20,000 bases of DNA from an uncultured virus (IMG/VR IMGVR_UViG_3300033121_002286) (Duplodnaviria > Heunggongvirae > Uroviricota > Caudoviricetes). This document shows, in pieces, positions 1 to 7,964 of this stretch (positions are counted from its first letter, which is position 1; each line of letters opens with the position of its first letter). The DNA lies in the IMG/VR virus record IMGVR_UViG_3300033121_002286. The stretch is one strand, 5' to 3'. The position numbers were made by a program, and so were the translations under genes. The notes beneath the pieces are model-generated. The model was not told the DNA's origin. It ran no database searches and saw only the letters and a program-made list of their open reading frames with translations.

Positions 1-506
1 ATTGGAACACTGTCTGTCAAATAAACGTTGTTGTTTGATTTATAAAAGGTAAAACCATCATTATTCATTTGAACGGCATCTATTTTTAAAACGACAGGCG
101 ATCCATGTCGCTTACCAACATTGATAGCTGTTTCAAGATTATCAGACAAATGTACGTGATTTCTTGATTGTTTGGTTAGACCTAAATCCATAATTGATCC
201 AAGAAAGCGATGTGCGGTTCCATGATACAAAAAACCGGAAGGAATAAATGGTTGGAGTTCCACATCCACTTCTACACTATGCCCCTGCCTGGCTCTTATT
301 CTTTGTTGATGCTGGTCAAACTCAAACCTTTTTTTATCATTAGTTTCAACAATTTCATCAAGTTCTGTTTTTTTTATTTTTAAAATTTTTAAAATGTCAG
401 AAACATTTGCCCAACCCTTATCACTTAAAACTATCCCAACAGATTCGGGGTCATGCCTTAAAATTTTTGATAAAAATTTGCTTTGCCTTTGTAATTCTTT
501 TCTCAT
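1..506 (-). CDS. kptA: RNA 2'-phosphotransferase (KptA/Tpt1 family), 3' end beyond window edge
   Basis: Not in ORF track. Manual translation from ATG at 506: MRKELQRQSKFLSKILRHDPESVGIVLSDKGWANVSDIL...NDKKRFEF...RIRARQGHSV...LYHGT...RNHVHLS...VGKRHG...NNVYLTDSVP. It contains the Tpt1 motifs LRH, KKRF, IRAxQGHS, HGT and RxHVHLS. Confidence 0.95.
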   Translation of the reverse strand, partial: MRKELQRQSKFLSKILRHDPESVGIVLSDKGWANVSDILKILKIKKTELDEIVETNDKKRFEFDQHQQRIRARQGHSVEVDVELQPFIPSGFLYHGTAHRFLGSIMDLGLTKQSRNHVHLSDNLETAINVGKRHGSPVVLKIDAVQMNNDGFTFYKSNNNVYLTDSVP

Positions 507-536
507 TGGTATTTAAACGGTTAAAAGTTATAAAAG

Positions 537-3500
537 TTACAAACTTTTCTTTTTGCTTAAAACAATTTGCAACAAATCATCAAAAACACTATGTTTAACA
601 GAGTTCTCTCTGTGTTCACCATCTAAAATTTGCATTGTTATTTTTTCTTTTTTATTAAGCAACTCTTCGATATATTCATCTATTGTGTCTTGAACAACAA
701 GCCTTATAATTTGTACATTATCCGATTCTTGTCCTGCCCGATGACAACGATCCTCAGCCTGAATTCGATCTGATGGTGTCCATGGCTGATCAATAAAAAG
801 GACAGTACTGGCTGATGTCAAAGTAAGACCAACACCTGCAGCACCAATAGTTCCTGAAAACACCTTTTTCTTTTCATCTTCCATGAATTTTTCTCTTGCT
901 TCTTCCTTTTCCTCAGCCGATTTTTTCCCGGTATACCAAACAGCATTGTCTTTAAACTCCTCATATATCATTCGTGTTGTTTCAACATATTGAGAAAAAA
1001 CAACAACCTTTTCATCTCCATCAATTATGTTTCTTATAAATTCAAATGATCTTTGGGCACAAATTTTAGAAGTAAACATTTTTAATTTCTGAATTTTTGC
1101 CAAACCAACCATCCTATCATCATCTTCAGAGGTATCTTCAACAACTCCTTTTTCTAATTTTTTATATTCCCTTAATTCTTCTGGGGTTAAATAAATTGGA
1201 ATTATTGTATATGTTTTTGCTGGTAAATATTCTAAAACTCCAGGATCTTTTTTTCTTCTTCTTAAATATAAATAAGATAATTTTTGAAACAACTCTGCTT
1301 CATTCGTAGAATCATCATAATTCCAATGTCCCCACTCATCTTCTTTACCGCCACAATATTTTACTCCAAAACTGTGTGAGTTAACCCATTCAAAGGGATC
1401 AAGAAAGTTTAATACAGGAAAAAACTCATAAGGCTTGTTTTTAATGGCAGTTCCAGACATTAAAATTTTTCTTGGTGTCTTTTTAAATCCAGCATTAACA
1501 AGCTTGTATCTGCTCGATTTTACATTTTTGATATAATGACAATTAGATACCAGTATATTATTTGCATAATAATTATGATTGTCTGAAATTTCTAAATTAA
1601 AAACTTCTTTATTTCCAACACAACCGCTTCTATTGAATTGTCTATTTCCTGATTCCAGAATCTCAATACTTTCCACCCTAGAAAATTCAATATTTCCGTT
1701 TTCCTCTTGTCCAAAAATTTCCATTTTTTCATTAGATGCGTTTTTCCATCTACCTCTATTGATAATTTCAATTCTGGAAATGCCAAATCCACTTTGTAAT
1801 GATTTGGCAAACTTTTGAAAAATCCCCTCGCTGGCCTTGTTTTTATTGGATATTCCATTACCCATCCTTCTCCCAAAGAATCGTATAACCTTTGTTGCTG
1901 TTTTGTTATTTGTCCATTGCCACCTCTTGATAAAAATGTTTTTCCAACTGAACTCTTTTTCATTTTTTCTATGTTTTTTTGATCCGCCATAGGGTTGTTC
2001 AATTTCATTCGAATTGAAGATTTTTGGGCTCTTGCAGGGTTGTTCTGATAATTTTTTAAATTTGACTCTTTTACTTTTCGCTTGGTTTCTTCCGTATATA
2101 TCTTTGCCCTTATTTCCGGTTGGGACATTCTCCATTTTGCAGAACAATTCGTTGAACAAAATCTTCTTTTTTGAGATTGTTTTCCGTTTGATTTTATTTT
2201 GAATGTTTTTCCACACCATTGACATGATTTTACTATCAAAGGCTTTGAATTTCGTTTCTTTACTGCCAATTTTGATTTCTGGGTGTTCATAATTGTTTTT
2301 GAGGCGCAACTCACACTGCAATATTTTCCCTTTTTCCATATTTGCTTTTTGCTCAGCGGTTTTTGACAACACCCACACAGTATCTCCAGTTTTAATTTCT
2401 TCTGCTCTGACATATTTGTTTCCGTTTATATAGATTTTGTGATTTGGAGTGCAAACGATATCTTGTCCATTGTTTGTTCTTATTTTTAACAAACAAGATG
2501 ATGTTTGCTTCTTTATATATCTGTTTATTTTTTTATATTCATTTTTTTTTGTAATATGATTATAACTTAGTACTTTAAAATCTAAATTAAATTCAACCAA
2601 ATCTCCTATTGGAACATTACCAAATTCGGTCATAATATTTGTTTCATAAACAAAGCATTCATCAATTACGACCAAATCATAAATTGATGTTTTTAAATCC
2701 ACACCACCCTTGTCAACAAAACTACACAATTCTGTATTCCTAGATTTAACAGAATTTTCTTTAAAACACTTGGGACACATTTTGTGTTTTTTCACCTGGC
2801 TCACTTCATCAAAATCACAATAAGGATTTTGACATTTATGATGAACGTCAAACTTCAAATAAGTCTCTAAAGCATTATAACTTACAATGTGAATTTTACT
2901 TGTTTCTGGACTGCCCAATTGTAGTCCTTCTTTTTTCTTTATCTTATATTTAAAGACATATGGTACCTCATGTGTAAATTTCAAAATTTCCTTTGCCCAA
3001 ATAAGCGCAAGAGAGGCAGGACATATAATTAAAGTTTGGAAGTGGTGTTTGGCTGAATATGAAATTGCTGTAAGGGTCTTGCCCACACCTGGCTCATCCC
3101 CCAACAAAGCTACACCATCAGAACATTCAAAAAATTTAACAGCTTTCTTCTGATATAAATAAGGCTCGATCTTCATAAAAGAATAATCCTCATTTTTTAT
3201 TTCCTCATCAAAATCTCCATTCTTAAATTTTTCTACCTGGATTAATCTTTCTTTTCTTTTTTTAACATACTCTTCAACTTTCCAAATTTCTTTTTCTGAT
3301 AAATTTTCGTATTGATATAAAATGTGATTATCTTGACAATACCACATTATTTTCATTAATCCGTGAATGTTGCAAATATGAAACCAATCTTTTTTAGACT
3401 GTCCACTATCCGTAATTACAGTGTCAAAAGCGGTCTTAATCTGTTCTTTGGATATGGTTTTAAGGTGTTTTATGAGTTCTTCGTCATACCCAAACCTGAC

Positions 3501-3542
3501 CTGAAAATTGGTCCTTATACGTTTAATCTTGACTACTGGCAT
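537..3542 (-). CDS. SNF2-family (SMARCAL1/HARP-like) helicase precursor containing an intein; 629 aa after predicted splicing
   Basis: Q motif PYLYQ, Walker A LGDEPGVGKT, motif Ia LIICPASL, Walker B VVIDE/CH (split by the intein), motif III MSGTAIKN, and C-terminal motifs VVFSQY, AAGVGLTLT and QAEDRCHRAGQ. N-terminal VRFGYDEELIKHLKTI resembles a HARP domain. Confidence 0.93.
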   Translation of the reverse strand: MPVVKIKRIRTNFQVRFGYDEELIKHLKTISKEQIKTAFDTVITDSGQSKKDWFHICNIHGLMKIMWYCQDNHILYQYENLSEKEIWKVEEYVKKRKERLIQVEKFKNGDFDEEIKNEDYSFMKIEPYLYQKKAVKFFECSDGVALLGDEPGVGKTLTAISYSAKHHFQTLIICPASLALIWAKEILKFTHEVPYVFKYKIKKKEGLQLGSPETSKIHIVSYNALETYLKFDVHHKCQNPYCDFDEVSQVKKHKMCPKCFKENSVKSRNTELCSFVDKGGVDLKTSIYDLVVIDECFVYETNIMTEFGNVPIGDLVEFNLDFKVLSYNHITKKNEYKKINRYIKKQTSSCLLKIRTNNGQDIVCTPNHKIYINGNKYVRAEEIKTGDTVWVLSKTAEQKANMEKGKILQCELRLKNNYEHPEIKIGSKETKFKAFDSKIMSMVWKNIQNKIKRKTISKKKILFNELFCKMENVPTGNKGKDIYGRNQAKSKRVKFKKLSEQPCKSPKIFNSNEIEQPYGGSKKHRKNEKEFSWKNIFIKRWQWTNNKTATKVIRFFGRRMGNGISNKNKASEGIFQKFAKSLQSGFGISRIEIINRGRWKNASNEKMEIFGQEENGNIEFSRVESIEILESGNRQFNRSGCVGNKEVFNLEISDNHNYYANNILVSNCHYIKNVKSSRYKLVNAGFKKTPRKILMSGTAIKNKPYEFFPVLNFLDPFEWVNSHSFGVKYCGGKEDEWGHWNYDDSTNEAELFQKLSYLYLRRRKKDPGVLEYLPAKTYTIIPIYLTPEELREYKKLEKGVVEDTSEDDDRMVGLAKIQKLKMFTSKICAQRSFEFIRNIIDGDEKVVVFSQYVETTRMIYEEFKDNAVWYTGKKSAEEKEEAREKFMEDEKKKVFSGTIGAAGVGLTLTSASTVLFIDQPWTPSDRIQAEDRCHRAGQESDNVQIIRLVVQDTIDEYIEELLNKKEKITMQILDGEHRENSVKHSVFDDLLQIVLSKKKSL
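1542..2657 (-). mobile_element. Intein (372 aa, precursor residues 296-667) in the helicase Walker B motif
   Basis: Block A CFVYETNIMT, block B CTPNHKIY, block F/G VFNLEISDNHNYYANNILVSN followed by +1 Cys. Removing it restores VVIDE-CHYIKN. Confidence 0.95.
1592..2413 (-). CDS. Putative homing endonuclease (two Cys-rich zinc-finger-like modules, NUMOD3-like segment, DUF559/Vsr-like domain) nested in the +1 frame of the intein
   Basis: 273-aa ORF with CGCC...YCSVSC and CQWC...FCSTNC, YTEETKRKVKES, and C-terminal YKVDLAFPELKLSIEVDGKTH...DKRKTEILNFLGWKVLRFWNQEI, which is the DUF559/Vsr-like signature. Confidence 0.88.
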   Translation of the reverse strand: MSEQKKLKLEILCGCCQKPLSKKQIWKKGKYCSVSCASKTIMNTQKSKLAVKKRNSKPLIVKSCQWCGKTFKIKSNGKQSQKRRFCSTNCSAKWRMSQPEIRAKIYTEETKRKVKESNLKNYQNNPARAQKSSIRMKLNNPMADQKNIEKMKKSSVGKTFLSRGGNGQITKQQQRLYDSLGEGWVMEYPIKTRPARGFFKSLPNHYKVDLAFPELKLSIEVDGKTHLMKKWKFLDKRKTEILNFLGWKVLRFWNQEIDNSIEAVVLEIKKFLI

Positions 3543-3560
3543 TTTAATTTATAATTTAAA

Positions 3561-3568
3561 CAAAAATA
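3561..3568 (-). promoter_or_regulatory. Bacteroidota-type -7 promoter box (TAnnTTTG) upstream of the helicase
   Basis: TATTTTTG on the minus strand, 18 nt upstream of the ATG at 3542. Confidence 0.5.
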
Positions 3569-3592
3569 CAAATTAAAAATTAAAAAAACAAA

Positions 3593-3599
3593 CTATTTA
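3593..3599 (+). promoter_or_regulatory. Recurrent phage promoter-like motif CTATTTA
   Basis: 25 nt before the ATG at 3625; the same motif precedes many genes in the window. Confidence 0.5.
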
Positions 3600-3624
3600 C
3601 TAATACATAGTCTATTATACAATC

Positions 3625-4143
3625 ATGGAAAAGAACGAAAAATATAAGGTAAAAGACCTAAAATCAATGATTTCAGAAGAGGTAAAACGCCAAAGAGCAA
3701 TTAAAAAATTGGCGGAGCAAAAAGAAATGTTGAAGAAAGAACTTCAAGACCTTTTAGAGGAAGATTACAATGTTGGAAGTTCTAATTATTTGTATCAAAA
3801 GCCGGAAGAGCAGAAGGAAGGCAAATCTGAAAATATTTTTAAAACAAAACCTGGTAATAGTATTTCTTTGAGTTTTGAAGATGTAGAAGGTATTAAATTG
3901 AGAAGACAAAAAAGGGAAACTGAAGGTATGGTTAATGATGATTTTATGTGGGAAGTAATTGATGCAAAAAACAGCGTTCATTTAAAGGATGGTGATTATC
4001 TTAAGTTAGAAGGAAATGATAATTTGAGGGTTGGAAACAATTTAACTTTTAAAATTTATAGAGTTGTAAATGGTGAATTAAAACCAACAGGTGTAACATA
4101 CAAGACTAATAAGATAACTAGCTGGTTGATTAATCTTTCTTAA
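3625..4143 (+). CDS. Hypothetical protein with N-terminal coiled coil
   Basis: 172-aa ORF with upstream CTATTTA motif; no family recognised. Confidence 0.8.
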   Translation: MEKNEKYKVKDLKSMISEEVKRQRAIKKLAEQKEMLKKELQDLLEEDYNVGSSNYLYQKPEEQKEGKSENIFKTKPGNSISLSFEDVEGIKLRRQKRETEGMVNDDFMWEVIDAKNSVHLKDGDYLKLEGNDNLRVGNNLTFKIYRVVNGELKPTGVTYKTNKITSWLINLS

Positions 4144-4151
4144 AAATTATT

Positions 4152-4159
4152 CTATTTAT
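4152..4159 (+). promoter_or_regulatory. Recurrent phage promoter-like motif CTATTTAT
   Basis: 15 nt upstream of the endolysin ATG. Confidence 0.55.
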
Positions 4160-4174
4160 GGTTAAACACAAACC

Positions 4175-4870
4175 ATGAATAATATAAAACTGGGCGACAC
4201 CTCCCCTCAGGTAAATGATTTGCAAGTTAAATTAAAGGGTTTAGGATATGGCATAAAGTCAGATTCAAATTTTGGTCAAAATACGCTTGGCGCTTTACAT
4301 TCTTTTCAAAAATTAAATGGATTGCCAGAAACTGATTTTGTTGATGAAAATACATATAATTTAATTGTTTCAGATTTAAACAACAATTCTTTGGTTGACA
4401 AGCCATCTTTACCAAAAATAATGAGTTTACATCCTAAGATTAGATTTGAAGTTTTACATCTTTTTAAAGAGCTTTTAAAAAAGAATTTAAAAATAAGAAT
4501 CGTCCAAGGTTTCAGGACATTTGCTGAGCAGGATGAATTGTATGCCCAAGGTAGAACAAAACCTGGCTCAATTGTCACAAATGCTCGTGGTGGCTTCTCG
4601 AATCATTGCTATGGTTTGTCAATAGATTTTTGCATCTTGCATAATGACGGATCAATTTCCTGGAGTTTAAGTGAAGATGCAAACCATGATGGAAACGCAG
4701 ACTGGATGCAAGTTGTTGGTTTGTTTAAATCTCATGGGTATGATTGGGGAGGAGATTGGAAGTTTAAAGATAACCCACACATAGAAAAAACCTTTGGATT
4801 AAGCGTAAGACAATTGTTAAATTTATACAATGCATTTCATTTAGATGACGATGGATATGTTACTATTTGA
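4175..4870 (+). CDS. Endolysin: peptidoglycan-binding domain plus M15 (L-Ala-D-Glu peptidase-like) domain
   Basis: N-terminal LGDTSPQVNDLQVKLKGLGY...FGQNTLGALHSFQKLNGL (PG_binding_1 pattern); catalytic region GFRTFAEQDELYAQGRT, SNHCYGLSIDF, WGGDW and DNPHIE. Confidence 0.92.
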   Translation: MNNIKLGDTSPQVNDLQVKLKGLGYGIKSDSNFGQNTLGALHSFQKLNGLPETDFVDENTYNLIVSDLNNNSLVDKPSLPKIMSLHPKIRFEVLHLFKELLKKNLKIRIVQGFRTFAEQDELYAQGRTKPGSIVTNARGGFSNHCYGLSIDFCILHNDGSISWSLSEDANHDGNADWMQVVGLFKSHGYDWGGDWKFKDNPHIEKTFGLSVRQLLNLYNAFHLDDDGYVTI

Positions 4871-4898
4871 TGTTTTTCCTAGACTATTTATGATATAG

Positions 4899-5123
4899 AT
4901 GAAATCCCAAAAACAAATAAACGAAGCTTCCTCAAAGAAAGTTCAGGATATGAATAAAGAAGATCTAAAATCTTTTATTAAAGATATTTTTGATGAGGAG
5001 ATGAATAAACCAAAAAACAAATCTGTTGGAGAAGATAAGGTTCGCCAAATCATCAGAGATATGTTAAAGAGACAATATAAACTATTTTGGGAAAAATCTT
5101 CACTCTTCTTAGATAAATTGTAA
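4899..5123 (+). CDS. Hypothetical protein
   Basis: 74-aa ORF with CTATTTAT at 4884-4891, co-oriented with its neighbours. Confidence 0.75.
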   Translation: MKSQKQINEASSKKVQDMNKEDLKSFIKDIFDEEMNKPKNKSVGEDKVRQIIRDMLKRQYKLFWEKSSLFLDKL

Positions 5124-5126
5124 GCC

Positions 5127-5357
5127 ATGAATAAAAGAGACTTATTTAAATTAATTGAAGATGAGGTGTCTGCTGTTGTTAATGAACCATTAACGGAGCC
5201 TCAAAAGACACAGAAACCTCTTTATAAACCAGTTTTACAAAACGAAGATGACATTGATGATATTTTGTTTTATACTGGCAATACGCCAGAAGAAGTTAAA
5301 GAGAAGAGAGATAAAAGAAAAAACAATAAAAAACTATTAAGCTTTGGAAAATACTAA
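5127..5357 (+). CDS. Hypothetical protein
   Basis: 76-aa ORF starting 3 nt after the previous stop. Confidence 0.75.
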   Translation: MNKRDLFKLIEDEVSAVVNEPLTEPQKTQKPLYKPVLQNEDDIDDILFYTGNTPEEVKEKRDKRKNNKKLLSFGKY

Positions 5358-5871
5358 ACCACAAATAACAACTACTGAAATCCAAGATTGGGAAAAAAAA
5401 TTCAAGGAATCAGTATCTCCATTAGTTCAATTCGATGCGGATGAACAAAGTGGTGGAAATTCTTTAAAATTATATAACGGACAAAGCGGAATAGAAGCAA
5501 GTTGGGCTGGAACTATTATCCTAAATAATGATAACTATATAAAATGGAGTTTTTCAATTCAAAACGATCCATTTATAGAATGTAAGTTAAATTATACAAA
5601 AGAAAATTATGATATTTTAACAAAATTGTTCAATTTTTATGCTACATGGAAATCTGAGTGGGCAAAACAATTAAGCATTCCTGGTTATACAGATGAACAG
5701 CCTGCTGCTGGTGGAGAACAAAGTCAACAGCCACCAATACAAGATCAAGGAATGGGACAAATGCCAGGATTAGACCAAGGTAGTTCTCAATTGCAGGAAA
5801 ACGAAAGGACAAAATTAAATATAATAAAGAATCACAAAGAAAGAATGCAAAAACTTTCAGGGTTACGCTAA
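5344..5871 (+). CDS. Hypothetical protein with Q/G-rich tail and C-terminal RMQKLSGL motif
   Basis: 175-aa ORF with a TTG start overlapping the previous gene. Confidence 0.8.
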   Translation: MENTKPQITTTEIQDWEKKFKESVSPLVQFDADEQSGGNSLKLYNGQSGIEASWAGTIILNNDNYIKWSFSIQNDPFIECKLNYTKENYDILTKLFNFYATWKSEWAKQLSIPGYTDEQPAAGGEQSQQPPIQDQGMGQMPGLDQGSSQLQENERTKLNIIKNHKERMQKLSGLR

Positions 5872-6282
5872 ATAGCGCTTTTTCATTCCTGACAACTCTT
5901 TCATTCTATGTAATTCACCATTTAAGCTTATTTCGTTTAAGACAATTTGTTTTTCATATTGAGAAATGTAAAACTCCATTTCTTCCAAAATTGATTTTTT
6001 AATTTCATCATTAAAAAAATCATGAAAGTCATAATCTTGTATTTCTTGAAAGGCTTCGTTTAAAAAGTTTTTATTATCATTAAAAGTAACGCATCCAATC
6101 TTTTTATTGTTTTTAAAAACCAAGAACGGTATTTTCTTGGGATTATAATTTTTTAATGTTTCAGAAACTAAAGCATAAACATCTTTTGTAAAATAATCAT
6201 TAAACTTAATACCAATGGTAATTTTTGGCAAATCATTGATTGTTTCAAATTTTACTTTATGCTCTAGTTTCTGTTTATACAT
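5863..6282 (-). CDS. Hypothetical protein with C-terminal RMKELSGM motif
   Basis: 139-aa ORF starting right after the stop of 6284..7093; 9-nt convergent overlap with 5344..5871. Confidence 0.8.
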   Translation of the reverse strand: MYKQKLEHKVKFETINDLPKITIGIKFNDYFTKDVYALVSETLKNYNPKKIPFLVFKNNKKIGCVTFNDNKNFLNEAFQEIQDYDFHDFFNDEIKKSILEEMEFYISQYEKQIVLNEISLNGELHRMKELSGMKKRYLA

Positions 6283-6283
6283 T

Positions 6284-7093
6284 TTATGGTTTTGGATTAT
6301 CGTTTGTTAATCTGAAAATTTTACCATTTATTTTTACACGTCCATCACCAAGTAGTTCCATTTTGTTATTAGACGATTCTACAACTGGTTTTTTTGGCTG
6401 TGCAATAACTGGCTTTGTAGTTTTCTTTGCATATTCACTTAACACCTCTTTAATAACTTCTGTGGCTACCTGTCTAGCAACTTGTTTAGAAATAGATATA
6501 ATTTTCTTTTTTAAATCTTCCTCATTTAAGACAATCATCCCGCTTTGAAGTTGTTGGGAATATCCCTGCCCATGTTGGGATTGAGCTTCCATTTCTTTTT
6601 CAGAGAGTCTTTCGTTTAATTTGTTTCTAAAATTTTGAGTAAAGCCCCTTCCCAAATCACCATCTTCTGATTGTAATTTAAGATTACCCCTTGATTGTGC
6701 TGGCGCTGATCCGGAGCCAAACAAATTTTCCAGTTGATCCAATTTAGGATCTCTTTCTGCAGTAAACTCTTCTAGGGGCACATGTATTTTATTTTGTGGT
6801 TGACCTTTTTCTGTTAGGATTGGCTTTTTATTATTATTTTTAGGTGGCTCAGGCACTCCTTGAAATCCTGGCGCATTGTTTCCACCCTTATCAAAAACCT
6901 CTAAATTAAAATCCTTTTTTAAATTACCATTTTTGATTTGCTGAATACGTTTAAGCATGTTTGGGTCTTTTACATTGACCACCTGAGACATTGCAGGCTT
7001 ATCAATTGGCATTGGTAATCCCATTTCCTGAAGTCTTCTTTTTCTTTGCTCCTTTATACTTTGAGCTTGTTCCGGAGATATGTTTTCTTCCAT
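6284..7093 (-). CDS. Hypothetical protein (largely disordered)
   Basis: 269-aa ORF with CTATTTAT on the minus strand at 7113-7120. Confidence 0.85.
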   Translation of the reverse strand: MEENISPEQAQSIKEQRKRRLQEMGLPMPIDKPAMSQVVNVKDPNMLKRIQQIKNGNLKKDFNLEVFDKGGNNAPGFQGVPEPPKNNNKKPILTEKGQPQNKIHVPLEEFTAERDPKLDQLENLFGSGSAPAQSRGNLKLQSEDGDLGRGFTQNFRNKLNERLSEKEMEAQSQHGQGYSQQLQSGMIVLNEEDLKKKIISISKQVARQVATEVIKEVLSEYAKKTTKPVIAQPKKPVVESSNNKMELLGDGRVKINGKIFRLTNDNPKP

Positions 7094-7136
7094 ATTTTAG
7101 TATAATTATTTTATAAATAGGTTTAAATTTATTGTT

Positions 7137-7577
7137 TTACTCAACATCTGGCATTAAAGTTTTTTCATCCTGTTCATCTTCATCCTCTTCATCATCTGAA
7201 CTTTTATCCTTATTTAACAGAAATTTGTTGTTTTTCTCATCAAAGTTTTTACTATCAGTGATAATTGTAATATTAGAAACAATCCAATTATGAATCATTT
7301 TTATTTTATCTTCTTCAAGAGTTTTTTTAAATGCTTCTATTTCAACATCCAACATATCAGCCTTTATAGTAAGTACTTGGCCCAATCTCCCATATTTTCT
7401 AAACTTAATATCTCTAGAGATATTTACAAATAAAATTTCCTTGAATTCAATATAGCTTTTCTGTTCTATTTCCTGATACCTTATATGCTCACCATATTCA
7501 CATTCAAAAAAATTCAAAGAATGTTCATATTTTATATCAATCAAAACAACCTTGGTGTTATCTCTCTCTTTTTTCAT
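7137..7577 (-). CDS. Hypothetical protein with acidic C-terminal tail
   Basis: 146-aa ORF ending SSDDEEDEDEQDEKTLMPDVE. Confidence 0.8.
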   Translation of the reverse strand: MKKERDNTKVVLIDIKYEHSLNFFECEYGEHIRYQEIEQKSYIEFKEILFVNISRDIKFRKYGRLGQVLTIKADMLDVEIEAFKKTLEEDKIKMIHNWIVSNITIITDSKNFDEKNNKFLLNKDKSSDDEEDEDEQDEKTLMPDVE

Positions 7578-7583
7578 ATAGTT

Positions 7584-7877
7584 TTATTTATCTTCGTATT
7601 TTAATTTTAAAACCTGTTGATTGGTTTCATCCCAAAAAGCATAAAACTTAGGATAAATATTTTTCCAACTTATAAAATAATTATTTATCTCTTTTGTGAT
7701 ATTAATTTTCTTTGCACGATCAAGCATTTTTTTCTTTTCTTGAATAACTTCCTGGTCTTTTGTTTTGATCAGCCTTAACTCTTTTTTCATTAAAGAAAAT
7801 TCTTTTTTCAAAGAATCAACAATTTGTTCTCTATACTTTTGTTGATTTTCAATTATTTGTTTTCTAGTATGATACAT
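7584..7877 (-). CDS. Hypothetical basic helical protein
   Basis: The track start (TTG at 7919) lies inside a terminator-like hairpin, so the ATG at 7877 (MYHTRK, 97 aa) is preferred. Confidence 0.7.
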   Translation of the reverse strand: MYHTRKQIIENQQKYREQIVDSLKKEFSLMKKELRLIKTKDQEVIQEKKKMLDRAKKINITKEINNYFISWKNIYPKFYAFWDETNQQVLKLKYEDK

Positions 7878-7902
7878 AATTTCTAAAAGTAATTCTAAAG
7901 TC

Positions 7903-7943
7903 AAAAAAGTAAAGGCCAAATCTTTCGAAATGGCCTTTGTTTT
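7903..7943 (-). terminator. Probable intrinsic terminator after the PD-(D/E)xK nuclease gene
   Basis: Stem AAAGGCCA/TGGCCTTT with an adjacent A/T tract. Confidence 0.55.
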
Positions 7944-7964
7944 AAATAAATAACTGAAAAAAAA

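Noticed and set aside
407..598. 63-aa plus-strand ORF
   Set aside because: Antisense shadow of kptA and the helicase end; no recognisable features.
1542..2657. Group I intron explanation for the helicase insertion
   Set aside because: The helicase frame is uninterrupted and complete intein blocks A, B, F and G are present, so protein splicing explains it.
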